The notes beneath the pieces were generated by a model, which saw nothing but the letters and a program-made list of their open reading frames with translations, was not told where the DNA came from and ran no database searches. Shown piece after piece: positions 38,787 through 64,000 of a DNA stretch of 64,000 nt (its first letter is position 1; each line of letters starts with the position of its first letter). Made by a program: the position numbers and the translations under genes. This stretch comes from Botryllus schlosseri (taxonomy: Eukaryota). The stretch covers positions 19,406,001 to 19,470,000 of the forward strand of contig CM119371.1 in NCBI GenBank assembly GCA_051294905.1. The letters run 5' to 3'.

Positions 38787-38895
38787 ATGAAACACGGAGA
38801 TAAATCGAGAATGTTCCCGTTCAAATTCGGCAAGTCGAAGGATCACTCTTCGCACAAAACGCCGAAAAATGCGAAGGAAGACCACCTGAACAACA
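38787..38895 (+). CDS. Candidate alternative first coding exon of PKA-C: (MKHGDKSR)MFPFKFGKSKDHSSHKTPKNAKEDHLNN + A|TG
   Basis: In-frame ATGs at 38787 and 38811; ends in a consensus donor A|GTGAGT at phase 1, the phase required by exon 2; GC3-rich codons like exons 6-10. No transcript evidence. Confidence 0.6.
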
Positions 38896-41054
38896 GTGAG
38901 TATGCGGCAGTTGCATGGCGTGCTTGCGTCCGGTCTGAAATGCGAACGCATTTCGGCCGTCCTTACCGAGCGTGCATGGTGAAAGACGGCATCGTCAAAA
39001 GGAACTTGCTCTTTTGCCTGTCCCGCACGGATGTTTGATATCAGGGAACGCATGTTTTCCTTTCTGTCCTGCCGTAAGGAGCTCGGAATATTGTAAAGCC
39101 GTATAGCGACGCTTACAATCAGAATTTTCGTAAGTCAAATGACACCACAATGTGTTACCCTGAAGCAGAGGTAGTCAGTAACGAAGTACTCGTATTCTTG
39201 TGGAGTACTCATGTAGATTTCGCCTACATTTTACGACAGAGCTACTGTCTTATTACACCAGCAATTTTGCCAAGCATAAAGTAGTTTTGGAATATGTTTG
39301 CTTCACTTGTAGCGTGATACAACTGGCCGAAATAGCCCCGTTGTCCCGGTAACTGAATATATATTTCAGAAATCATACCTTATATAGTCATTGGCTAGTT
39401 TTGAAGTTGGAACTTTCGGTTAACTGGTAAAAGTACGCGACCCCCCCACAAAATCTACTATTTGAAACTAGTTACTTCGTTAGTTTTCTGACCACTGATT
39501 TTCTACTACTTCCACTTGAAGTCGTTTTGGCATGTGTTGGAAGTAGCTACTTTTACTTACCATTCAGCAGAAATTTGCGGCGTCACTTTTGGTTGAGTAC
39601 ATGTACTGTACAACGCTGAGTACAATTTCTTATCTTACCATCACTGTGTGTGGAGGTCGAAATATGCTGGCGCCGTGGGACGTATAGCCAGGAAGCTGTG
39701 GTTTGTACATTCAAGTTTCTCTAGCCAACTGAGCCAACACTGTGACCTTGAGTTCATATGTTCACTTCCTTCCGCATGCAAATGATGTGTATTTCTCTAT
39801 ATACTCACCAAAGTTATGAATCTGCAATCTGCCCGCGTGCTCTTGTAATACAATTTGGGAGCTTTCTTTTATACGCGTTCAACGGCGTTACCAGGCTTTA
39901 TATTTGAGGCTTTAACACCGCCACCTAATGTTTGATTTTACGTCACAATGGATGAGTGGCGTACGTATTTGTTGCAATGTCGCTAGGCGCCTTCAAACTT
40001 GCTCTCGCACCTGTGCTGTGCACGACGCATGTGTTCACTGTTCACGTTTACTGTTCAAATTTTTGGTTGCAAGTGATTTGGCCTTTTCGTCTCCGTTAAT
40101 TTTGGTTCTTGGGTTGTTTTTAGAAATATAGTCGTTCGAGATACGCGGTTTTGTGCGTTGATGTTAGTATAGGCAGAGTGTGGCGGAGGCGGACCTGCTG
40201 TAAATAGGTAACGTCAAATCCAACCGAGGCATATCTGTGCAGTTAATAGAGATGGTGAGAATCCAGGAAAATAGAGATGGTGAGAATCCAGTTCCTGATC
40301 AGATTGACAATGCATTAAATATTCGAATGACGCCCATACAGAATAATGACAAAAAATCCGATCTCCGATGATTTCTTACTACCACAAGATTATCATTTCC
40401 GCTTACGCTATTTCGGAGAAATCATGCTACACTTAGCAGTCGGAGCTGAGATATAGCGCTGGACTCTTTTGACAAAGATACTTAATATCCATTGGCGTAG
40501 TGACTAATGCGGTCCGTGTGTCACAAGCCTTGATGAAGACAGGTCAAATAGATTTTTGACCGCTTGGCAATGTAGCACAGACGAAGACAGAAACACAGGT
40601 CCAGATAGCCAGCAGAGGTGGTCAATGTAGTCAGGGTCTCTATACGCAAATGGAATTTGTGATAAATTTCCACTCTATCACAAGTATAAGTGACGATTTC
40701 AAAGACCTTCCGAAATTTATTCCAGTTGCAGTACAAAATGAAGGTCTAAAAGTGTTCTAGTAGTTCCAGAAAGAATATTCGGTCGATGGGACGCATACTT
40801 CTAGCAGTTGGTCGAGTTCTGCCCCGGTTGCCCCTTTCGAAATTACAGGGTGAATCTTAGCGTCTAACGCAAAATGACCAATGGCACTACAAATAGGTAG
40901 AATACTCGACAACATTGTCAATGACCGCTAATCAGGGGCTCCTAAGCCCAGTTGTCATGAGCATGACAACTCACTCATAAAATTGATGCAAACATATCCC
41001 AAAACGGCTACTAAAGCACCCGTGTTTGTATCTGTCCTATTCTTTGATTTCAGC

Positions 41055-41402
41055 TAGGGTTACCATATTTTGAAAATCTGAGAAGAGGACACTTTTCAAA
41101 ATTTTCAGACTGACAAAGATGGAGTAAATTCCGGAAAATATGGTCAATTTTTCCTGAGTTTGTGGCTGGTTGACTAAAAAGAAGGTCATTTTTCTGGCTC
41201 AAGTCCCGAAAAACCCGCTGGACCGTTACTTGGCCGCAGATTCCCTATATCTCAGTTCAATTTCCACGTACATTTAACCGAGATTCTCCAAAAAGAGGAC
41301 ACATTCTCAAAATAGAGGACATTTAGGCGTCCTCCGAGGACACTTCCAAAAAAGTCGAAAAAGAGGACAAATCCTCCTAAAAGAGGACGCATGGTAACCC
41401 TA
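41055..41402. mobile_element. hAT-like MITE with GAGGACA subterminal repeats
   Basis: TIR TAGGGTTACCAT / ATGGTAACCCTA; no TSD seen; diverged paralog at about 7485-7835. Confidence 0.75.
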
Positions 41403-43190
41403 ACCCTACCTTAAGCGCACCTCAGGCACGGACTTATGTCACTGTTACGCATCAAGGGTGGTCGGTATGTGCTTGCATCTAGCGGATTCGCAATCGCACC
41501 ACCTGAACCACCTCTAGTCCATACGCATTCATCTTCGCTTTTGCATTAACGCTGATTCGCATTTTACGTGTGACGTAACCGGCTCTGAACTTGCGAAATT
41601 CACGACATCCTCATGGTGGCGATATTGTTTAATCTACGAGAATTTGCTTTTGCTGTAGTCTGTCAACTGTCAGCAAAATCGATTCATAAAAGTATGTCAA
41701 TTTTCCGTCATGCGGTTGTGAGAAATATGTCCGATCCAGTGATAATTCTGTATAATCCGTCATTGTGATCTACGTGGTGCAGCGTTTTACTACCGGATGG
41801 CCTGTCGAAACCGACAGAGGATTAGAATGTGCACGCCGCTGCTGTGATTCGAAATTGGGTCCGCGGATTGCGAGACCAGTGCTCTAGTCATTGTGGGGTG
41901 AAAAATATAATTACCAATCTAGTGATACAGTCTTTGTAGTCGGTGCTATGTATTCGCGAATTCTTCATTAGTAACTGGTTATTGTTTCATGAACATTTTG
42001 ATTGTATACGGTCGTTATTGGCTGCATTCGTTCAAAATTAAGGTATATGGGACAATTTCCTGACTTTGCATGTATCCGTATAATCTCATCGATTGAAAAA
42101 GAAATATCAAAATTCATATCACCTTCTAGTAACTTGCCTACACAAAGATTATATCTGTAAACCCTTTTTGAAGCTGTCTCCTGTTTACACTGTCATAGCT
42201 GCCTTTATCGGCCTGGCTTGGCGTACTCTAAAAATAATCCTTTTTCGTATCGGAATCGCGGCTTTCTTCTCGATTCAACAGTGGAGTTACGCGGGCAGAT
42301 AATCTCTCGAGGGTTTGTTCAGTGAATCAAAAATGAACGCGTAGCTTTGTACCTTCACGAATGTTACTGCAGTGTTAAGACATTTTGAGATTAACCGATG
42401 GTCCTTCGTTATTTTGTGATGGCCAAATATCGTGTTCCTATGAGCGATGCCTATATTTTAGAAATGCATAACACCATAACTCCAGGGTTACAGACCAGAT
42501 CAACAAAGCTAACCCAGTATAGTATATGCGGATGGACTTAAGTCGATTTGCGTATATGCAGAACGCCGTAGACAGGCAACAATAGTATTTTCCCAATTGA
42601 ATCATCCGGAGGTGAGCAACTAGCGCAGAATATATGTGAAGCAGTTGTTTTCTATGCGTGTAAAGCAACAATAATAAGATCAACCCTTGCAACATGCTTC
42701 GCTAATGCCGCGACTTGAACCTTGCGGCGATATTCAACAGATTCACGATTTGTTGAACTGCTGCTATTTGTAGATCAAACACTTGGAACGAGTGCTCCCA
42801 GTGAGCTGACAGCGCCGTTGCTTCAGTCTACTTTCGACACATCTCTAGTTGGCAATTGGAGTGCATGATTGCAAAGTTATGCGCAGTGGCCACGAAATCG
42901 ATCACCCATCCGAAACGATAATGCTGCTGTGTGTTAACGTTGCTGAACGAAGGATATAATTATGGGGAACATGTTTTGTGCACTTATGTATTGCTTGGCC
43001 GACGATCATACCTCAAACACGCCTCTCACGTCTTAATGGATCGTAACGAAGGCTAGTGTATACCTGCGGCAGCGCTCTACGATTATGGATGGCGCCTTAG
43101 TTGATTACTATTCTCAATTCCTTAGGAGCCGGGGGATAATCAGTTCATTACGGGACAGCTTGTCAAGTGGAATTAATTTCTAATGCGTGG

Positions 43191-43474
43191 CCGTTCGTGA
43201 GCTCGTATCACAGGCGCAACACGAGTGTACGCGGCTCTGAACCAAATATTTAAGCCTAGCGGTAGAAAGTGCAGTGGAGCTGCGGAAGTCAGGTTGTTTA
43301 AATATCTGTCCATGGTAAAATTTAACGCTTGACCGTTCGTGAGCTCCTATCACAGGCACAACAGGAGTGTATGCGGCTCTGAACCAGATATTTAAGCCTA
43401 GCGGTAGAAAGTGCAGTGCAGCTGCGGAAGTCAGGTTGTTTAAATATCTGTCCATGGTAAAATTTAACGCTTGA
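43191..43474 (+). repeat. Tandem duplication, 2 x 142 bp
   Basis: Units start at 43191 and 43333; few substitutions. Confidence 0.93.
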
Positions 43475-46115
43475 TTTGAGGCATTGTGACGTTGACTTGA
43501 ATATTCGCGTTGGCGCCTCGAATTTTCAACCAGTCGATATACCGGTACGGCCGGAGAAGTCTATATTGTTCAATACAGCTTAGGCAAGCTACTTGACCAT
43601 CATTTATGGGTTTGACAAGGAATGAATGAGTAGTGCGTATCGATCGCGATGATATTCTGCCAAATACGCGCAGAGAAATGTAGTTAGCTGTCCGATTGCG
43701 TTATCAATATGTAGCAAGGTAAGCCTGGAACGGGCGTGTCTACGTCTACGATACTGTAATATAGTTGATTACAGAAGCTGTGAGGATAGTGCGGGCATAT
43801 TTGTTGATCTCGTTAGCTATATTACTGTAATTGCATCAGGATAGTTTGACTGGCTGTTAAGATAAGTGCCTGTTTGGTAATAGTTTTGAGCAGTAGGTAG
43901 AGTACAGCCAAAGTATATATTTCTGGCCTCTCTGTGTCCTGTCAAGCTATGTGTACAGTTGTCCCATAATTCTCCACAACAGAATAGATAATACTAGTGA
44001 TGTTTGTGTAAATGACTTGAAATGTTTGCTTAGCATACTATACGATGTAGGAGGTATAAATCAAGCGCATCAGCTACTTTCATTGTCACTACCTAGTTCG
44101 AATTGATGTTTGCAGGTTATTTCAGCAGTAAATACTATTCTGGTTAGTGGTGTGTGGTGATTCTTGATCTGCTGCTGTGCAGTCCGAACATACCAAAGCT
44201 CGTTTACAGGCTTTAAATATGGCAAAGATATTTAGTAGTAGCAAGAAGAATGATCCAAGTAAGTTATCAGCGATTCCTTTATTTCTCTCGATGGCAGTCA
44301 AAAGTCCATTGCTCTGGTATTTGTTAAAATTTGATTACTTCCTGAGATGGTCATGCCATATCTTCAGTAATGATGTAAGCTTGTAGCAATGTGAAAATGA
44401 AATTACCAAGTTTCTTGAGTTCTGTATTGTAACTAATCAGTGTACAGTTGTACATTATACATTAAACGTGAGTTCGTTGCTACACTGGCGCTGTTGAAAC
44501 GGACGGAAGAGCTTCAATGATGTTATCCTACATCCCTACTCACCGAGCTAATCATTAATTACAAAGTTACACACAGTCCTACATGACAAGAGTGCAGTGC
44601 ACTCACAAGGTAACTGTTGTCAATGCTCGACATATACATGGATTCCTTAGGCCCCCTGAATAAGAAATTTCAACCATTGATATAGGCCTGGAATTCGATG
44701 CGTGAATCACAACTCTTGAACTGGCAGCTTACGTTACACAGCATAGCCATCATCGCAAGTGTTCTTAGTTAGCTGGTTACGTCTTTGTAGTTGTTTAAAA
44801 CGAGTATAACGACAGATGCCTCTAATGGAATATGCCTCGTTTTTTGAGGTTACAATTTGGTGTGAATGCGGTCATCTTGTTTTCCTGTAATTCAATACAG
44901 AAACAAGATTGTGATCCGCTAGATATGATCTTTTGTATTGCAAGTATACCGAATCTAGCTTCATTTAGAACAGTGCAGGCAAATTATGGTCGCCTGGCCT
45001 GATACGAGAAAAAGATTTCAAAATTTGTCAATACTTTCAGGGTAGAAACTCTCTGCGGGCCGCCCAAAATCCTGTCGCGGGACGGATTCGGACAGTGGGT
45101 CGTATGTTGTCAGCCCATGATTTACAAGTTACAACTATATTGCACAGTAATGTCGAAACGAAATTCTCTTTGTCAACTGTCTTGACCATCGAAATTTCCA
45201 ATGGTGATTATAGAAGACAGTGTCTATTAGTAGAATAACCTAATGAGGGTATAGTTTCCTTGACAGCCCTTTTGTAATGCCAAAACAGCTGGCTAAGAAT
45301 TACTGTATTATTGGTCTGCACATTTGCATAGATTCTTGGCTGTAAAGCTCTGGTTGTTTGCGTGTGACCTTACAGAGATATTTTGTTCTGAATGTTTATC
45401 CCCATATTTGCGACAGTTGTGAAATTTTTATGCGACGTTTCTCAGAACTCCTGCCATAGTCACGCACCTTTTATTGACTGCTATCAAGTCCACCATACTT
45501 TGTTGGTATGTTTGATTTCAATTCAACACTCAAATTTACCAGCTACAATGTAAAGATTCACGACACGGCTGTGTCTACAGGAAGTTGTATTGGATAATAT
45601 AGCTTACATTCATACCAATAGGTATTCTTTTTGTGTACCATATTCACAAGCACTGTAGTACATTGATTTTTTAGTTAATGAAGAACAAATACTAACTCTC
45701 TCAAAAGGGTATTGATCCACTGAAAAGTGTTCCATCATGTTAATCGTGCATGTAATGTATACATACAGTTAGACCTATTTTCTTGTACCGTTGGTTTTAA
45801 TCCAACATGTGAATGCCGAATGTTTATGTTACTTTGCTAGATAATCCCTGCAGCAGACTTGCATTTGATTAAAACCGCATACTTTCCGTTCTGGCACTGA
45901 TGCTATATTTAGAAAGATGAATTCCTTTCCCTTCGTACACCATTGCGCAGTCTTCTCGGGTATTGATTTTCTGGCATGCTACCGATACTGGATGTCCGCT
46001 GATCTGTACAATGCTTGGTTGAGTTGCCTTTTGCATCTGGAGTCTGGCGGCAACCCCCTTGATCTGTAACCACATTCATTGGTTGCTGATTGATTGCAAT
46101 TGTCTCTTTTTACAG

Positions 46116-61013
<14,898 letters not shown>

Positions 61014-62151
61014 ATCCGCCACGCGTCCCTGGCCCAGGACTATCACACCTTTACAAGTTAGACGAACGAGACTAGCTCGGTATTCGCGCCCGGTCGAGGT
61101 GTAGAGGCGGCGTGACCGTTTCCGTTATAACCTCGTGGACTTGTGATGCTCGCGAATTGATTCGCGCGATTCTTTCGCTAATCTGGACGGTGAAGTAATT
61201 TCTCTTCCGATACCTTTTGCGTTATATTAGTTTTCTTCATACTAGCCAGATTTAGTAAATAGTCTGGTCGATACGTGCGTTACACTTGTAACTCTTATGT
61301 AAAGTCAAAATCGATGTATGCGTGTCCCAAAGAACACGAGCCTACTTTTGATTTATATCTACGCCGCAATGTAGCTATTTGAAATTCAAAATAACAGTGG
61401 GTCACCTACGAGTACAGCTTGATTCTATATTTTCGATCGTTTGCAAACGGTCATAATGCTTGATTGGGGATGACATCAGTGGCTTGTCGGTGGTTGTTTC
61501 GGCGTTCGAAAACGGCCTGGTTACAGCTCTGGTTTCGCGCGTCGCGTTTATTTGATACCACTGTCTCGGAATAGGCTGTCGTCAGTACCTTGAGTCGCGT
61601 TCTTTTTGCTTGATATCATCGTACTGGAAATGTATTCGTGAAAATGGCCGTCTTCGGAACGTGTAACCGGGAAACGTAGTATCGCTCTACATAGATTTTT
61701 GTGCTTTGTAATTATATTTTATTGTCGAAAAAGTCTTGCAAACCCATGCGTACGGATTACCTATTCAAGAATGTTGCGTACGCGCTTGTGTTGTTGCGCG
61801 GCGATTATTTTGCGGAAAACTGTGTACTCGCGCCGAGGATCTGCAGATTTTTGTGTCAATACCAAATTTTTCGTAGTCGAGCGATGCATGTAGCTGGAAA
61901 CGAGTTTCATAAATATGATATCTAGGTAACTGACCTGTGCTCAGGACTCCGGTGATTTCGCGATGTCTGCAATGCGGACTTGGGCGAGACCCGTGCGGCA
62001 CGCTACGTCGCGGACAGTTCAATTTTGAGTTTGTGGTGTTGAGCAATGTTTCTTTCCTGTTTCAGTTGGTTTCTATTTGATCGCGCCCATTCTGTTCCCG
62101 TGCGGGTGACGTGTTGCGGGCCCCCCATGGCTGTGTTTCAACGAACTCGCT

Positions 62152-62157
62152 AATAAA
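62152..62157 (+). promoter_or_regulatory. Candidate polyadenylation signal for PKA-C (3'UTR about 1.15 kb)
   Basis: AATAAA followed about 30 nt later by a GT-rich tract (tggtgtgttattgtgtgggtggg). Confidence 0.45.
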
Positions 62158-62524
62158 AAACGTTTTCGATATTACAGAAACGATGGTGTGTTATTGTGTG
62201 GGTGGGATTTAGAGCAGGGCTGTCAACCTAGACGCCGTTAAGTAAGGCTTGGGTCAACGATTTGATTACGGGCGGATTATAGAAAATTGCTTGATGACTA
62301 TGGTAATCCACGAGCATCTTTCGACCACTTCGTCGTCTTGGCTTCAACAATCAAGTATTTCCATGCGACTTTGCCGAATAAGAGTCCCAATCAGTTACGG
62401 AGCTGACACATTCTTAGCATAATTATTTTATGTTACTCTGATCAATCGCAGGAAGCACTTCCATACTTGCAAGTAACAGCATGTAATTCTGCCATCGGAC
62501 AGCGCCTATTGAAACACCCAGAGT

Positions 62525-62760
62525 GCAAAACATTACAATATCGATCGGTTTTCCTTAGTTGCTCGTGGTCGTTCTCTTTCATTTAAAGGTCCCTGAATCA
62601 ACCGTTATAAAGCTGCAAAAGCCGATCCTCTGCCGCCAGAAGGAACATCTCTACACGCTGGGAATCTTCCATTAGTGTTGTTTTGTCGTTCGGCTGTTCT
62701 ACAGCTGATTTTGTGTGTGCTATACCTTAACCGTGCGCTGTTTACTGCCGTTCGCGACTT
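62525..62760 (+). mobile_element. 3' fragment of the same Penelope family (ORF end plus tail), forming a partial tandem with the ORF downstream
   Basis: gctcgtggtcgttctctttcatttaaaggtccctgaatcaaccgttataaagc nearly repeats 63946-64000; encodes ...KLQKPILCRQKEHLYTLGIFH*. Confidence 0.85.
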
Positions 62761-62832
62761 GTGTACTTGTCATTATTACGTCACAACGACAAAATTATTT
62801 CTATATTTCAAACTTATTTCAAGAGACTGTAG

Positions 62833-64000
62833 AGTGTAGAGATTTGTGCCAATGAACTCTATGGTGGTGTCCTTCCATCTCCTCCATTCTCAAGGTCTTC
62901 TTTTGTTAAATTAATGCGATTGATCACTTGTGATGTCGAATTCAGTTTCAATAACACCATATATACACAGATCGATGGTGTTGCAATGGGATCGCCGCTT
63001 GGTCCCATTCTGGCTAACATTTTTGTGGGGTATTACGAAAAACGGTTATTCGAAGATATTGATCGACCATTAATGTATCAAAGATATGTTGATGACACCT
63101 TCGCCATATTTGAAAATGAATCCCAGTGTGATTTGTTTCTGAGCAAATTGAATGGTCTTCACCCATCACTGAAATTCACCATGGAAAAAGAGGTTAATAA
63201 TTCATTGGCATTCCTTGATGTTGCAGTGGAAAAGACGGGTGCTAAGTTTGTTACATCAGTTTACCGTAAGCCTACATTCAGTGGGCAATACATTTCGTGG
63301 GATTCTTTCTGTCCAGTAAAACGTAAAGTAAATTTGATAAGAACTCTGGTACACAGGGCTCTGATGATTTGTAGTAAAGTCAAACTTGAATCTGAATTGG
63401 AGAACATTCGGTCAATCTTTCAGTCAAATGGTTATCCTGATCATATCATTAAAATGACCATAGATCGTAAACTCAAAGATTTCAGAAAAGTTAAACCGTT
63501 TGGACCTAGAAAATGTCCTGTTTATTTGCTTCTTCCTTGGATTGGGAAAGTGTCCAACAGGTTTGAAAAACAAATTAAATCGTCAGTGAGCCATTGTTTT
63601 TCACAAGTAGAACCTCAGATAATCTTCATGACGAAATCTCTGATGCCTGCAACGCAAAAGGATGTGCTACCTGCGACAAATCAAAGCAACATAATATATG
63701 AATACACGTGCCGATGTGACAGTCGGTATGTAGGTCGCACGTCTCAGCGCTTGCAGCAAAGAATTCGCCAGCATGTCCCACGGCAAATTAGAATGAATAA
63801 TGTTTCTCCTACTCCTTCATCGCAGTCTGTTGACACACTACGTGATTATGATCAAGTTACTGCTTGTAATTCGGCTATTGGACAGCATCTCTTATCCAAT
63901 CCAGAATGCGCTGATCATTACAATGACAGTCAATTTTCTATACTTGCTCGCGGCCGTTCTCTTTTTCATTTAAAGGTCCTGGAATCTACGATCATAAAGC
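62833..64000 (+). mobile_element. 5'-truncated Penelope-like retroelement ORF (RT + GIY-YIG endonuclease), open to the window edge
   Basis: Uninterrupted frame containing QIDGVAMGSPLGPILANIF, YQRYVDDTF, LNGLHPSLKFTME, LAFLDV, VYRKPT, then NIIYEYTCRCDSRYVGRTSQRLQQRIRQH. A 7-bp duplication (tgtagag x2) at about 62826-62839 breaks the frame upstream. Confidence 0.95.

Noticed and set aside
42962-43036. ATG GGG AAC (MGN...) as the canonical myristoylated PKA exon 1
   Set aside because: Stops after 24 codons, has no credible phase-1 donor, and shows no resemblance to GNAAAAKKG beyond three residues
43700-43724. Strong donor AAG|GTAAGC as the end of a coding first exon
   Set aside because: A TAG lies immediately upstream in the frame required by exon 2

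Overview
Eukaryotic (invertebrate-type, intron- and transposon-rich) genomic DNA. No prokaryotic features and no CRISPR array; almost all short ORFs in the supplied track are spurious. The only host gene I can support is a cAMP-dependent protein kinase catalytic subunit (PKA-C, PRKACA-like) on the + strand. Nine GT-AG exons (46116-61013) reproduce the vertebrate exon 2-10 sizes and phases. The canonical myristoylated MGN first exon was not found, but a good alternative first exon lies at 38787/38811-38895, with weaker candidates further upstream. The rest of the window is a dense mobile-element landscape. (1) About 14 copies of a Penelope-like pLTR carry a minimal type I hammerhead ribozyme, several inside PKA introns and some as head-to-head hairpin pairs. 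The one fully intact copy is antisense to PKA. (2) A 3.46-kb Foldback-type element (13833-17292) has satellite-built inverted arms and a target-site duplication, and a paralogous repeat in the window supplies its empty site. A decayed pogo transposon is nested inside it. (3) There are several hAT-type MITEs with perfect 8-bp TSDs and several tRNA-derived SINEs. (4) A 5'-truncated Penelope RT + GIY-YIG ORF runs off the right edge. The predicted PKA protein has unusual substitutions (Ser338 to His, Cys343 to His, hinge LDFIM). All alignments and counts were done by eye; no searches were run.
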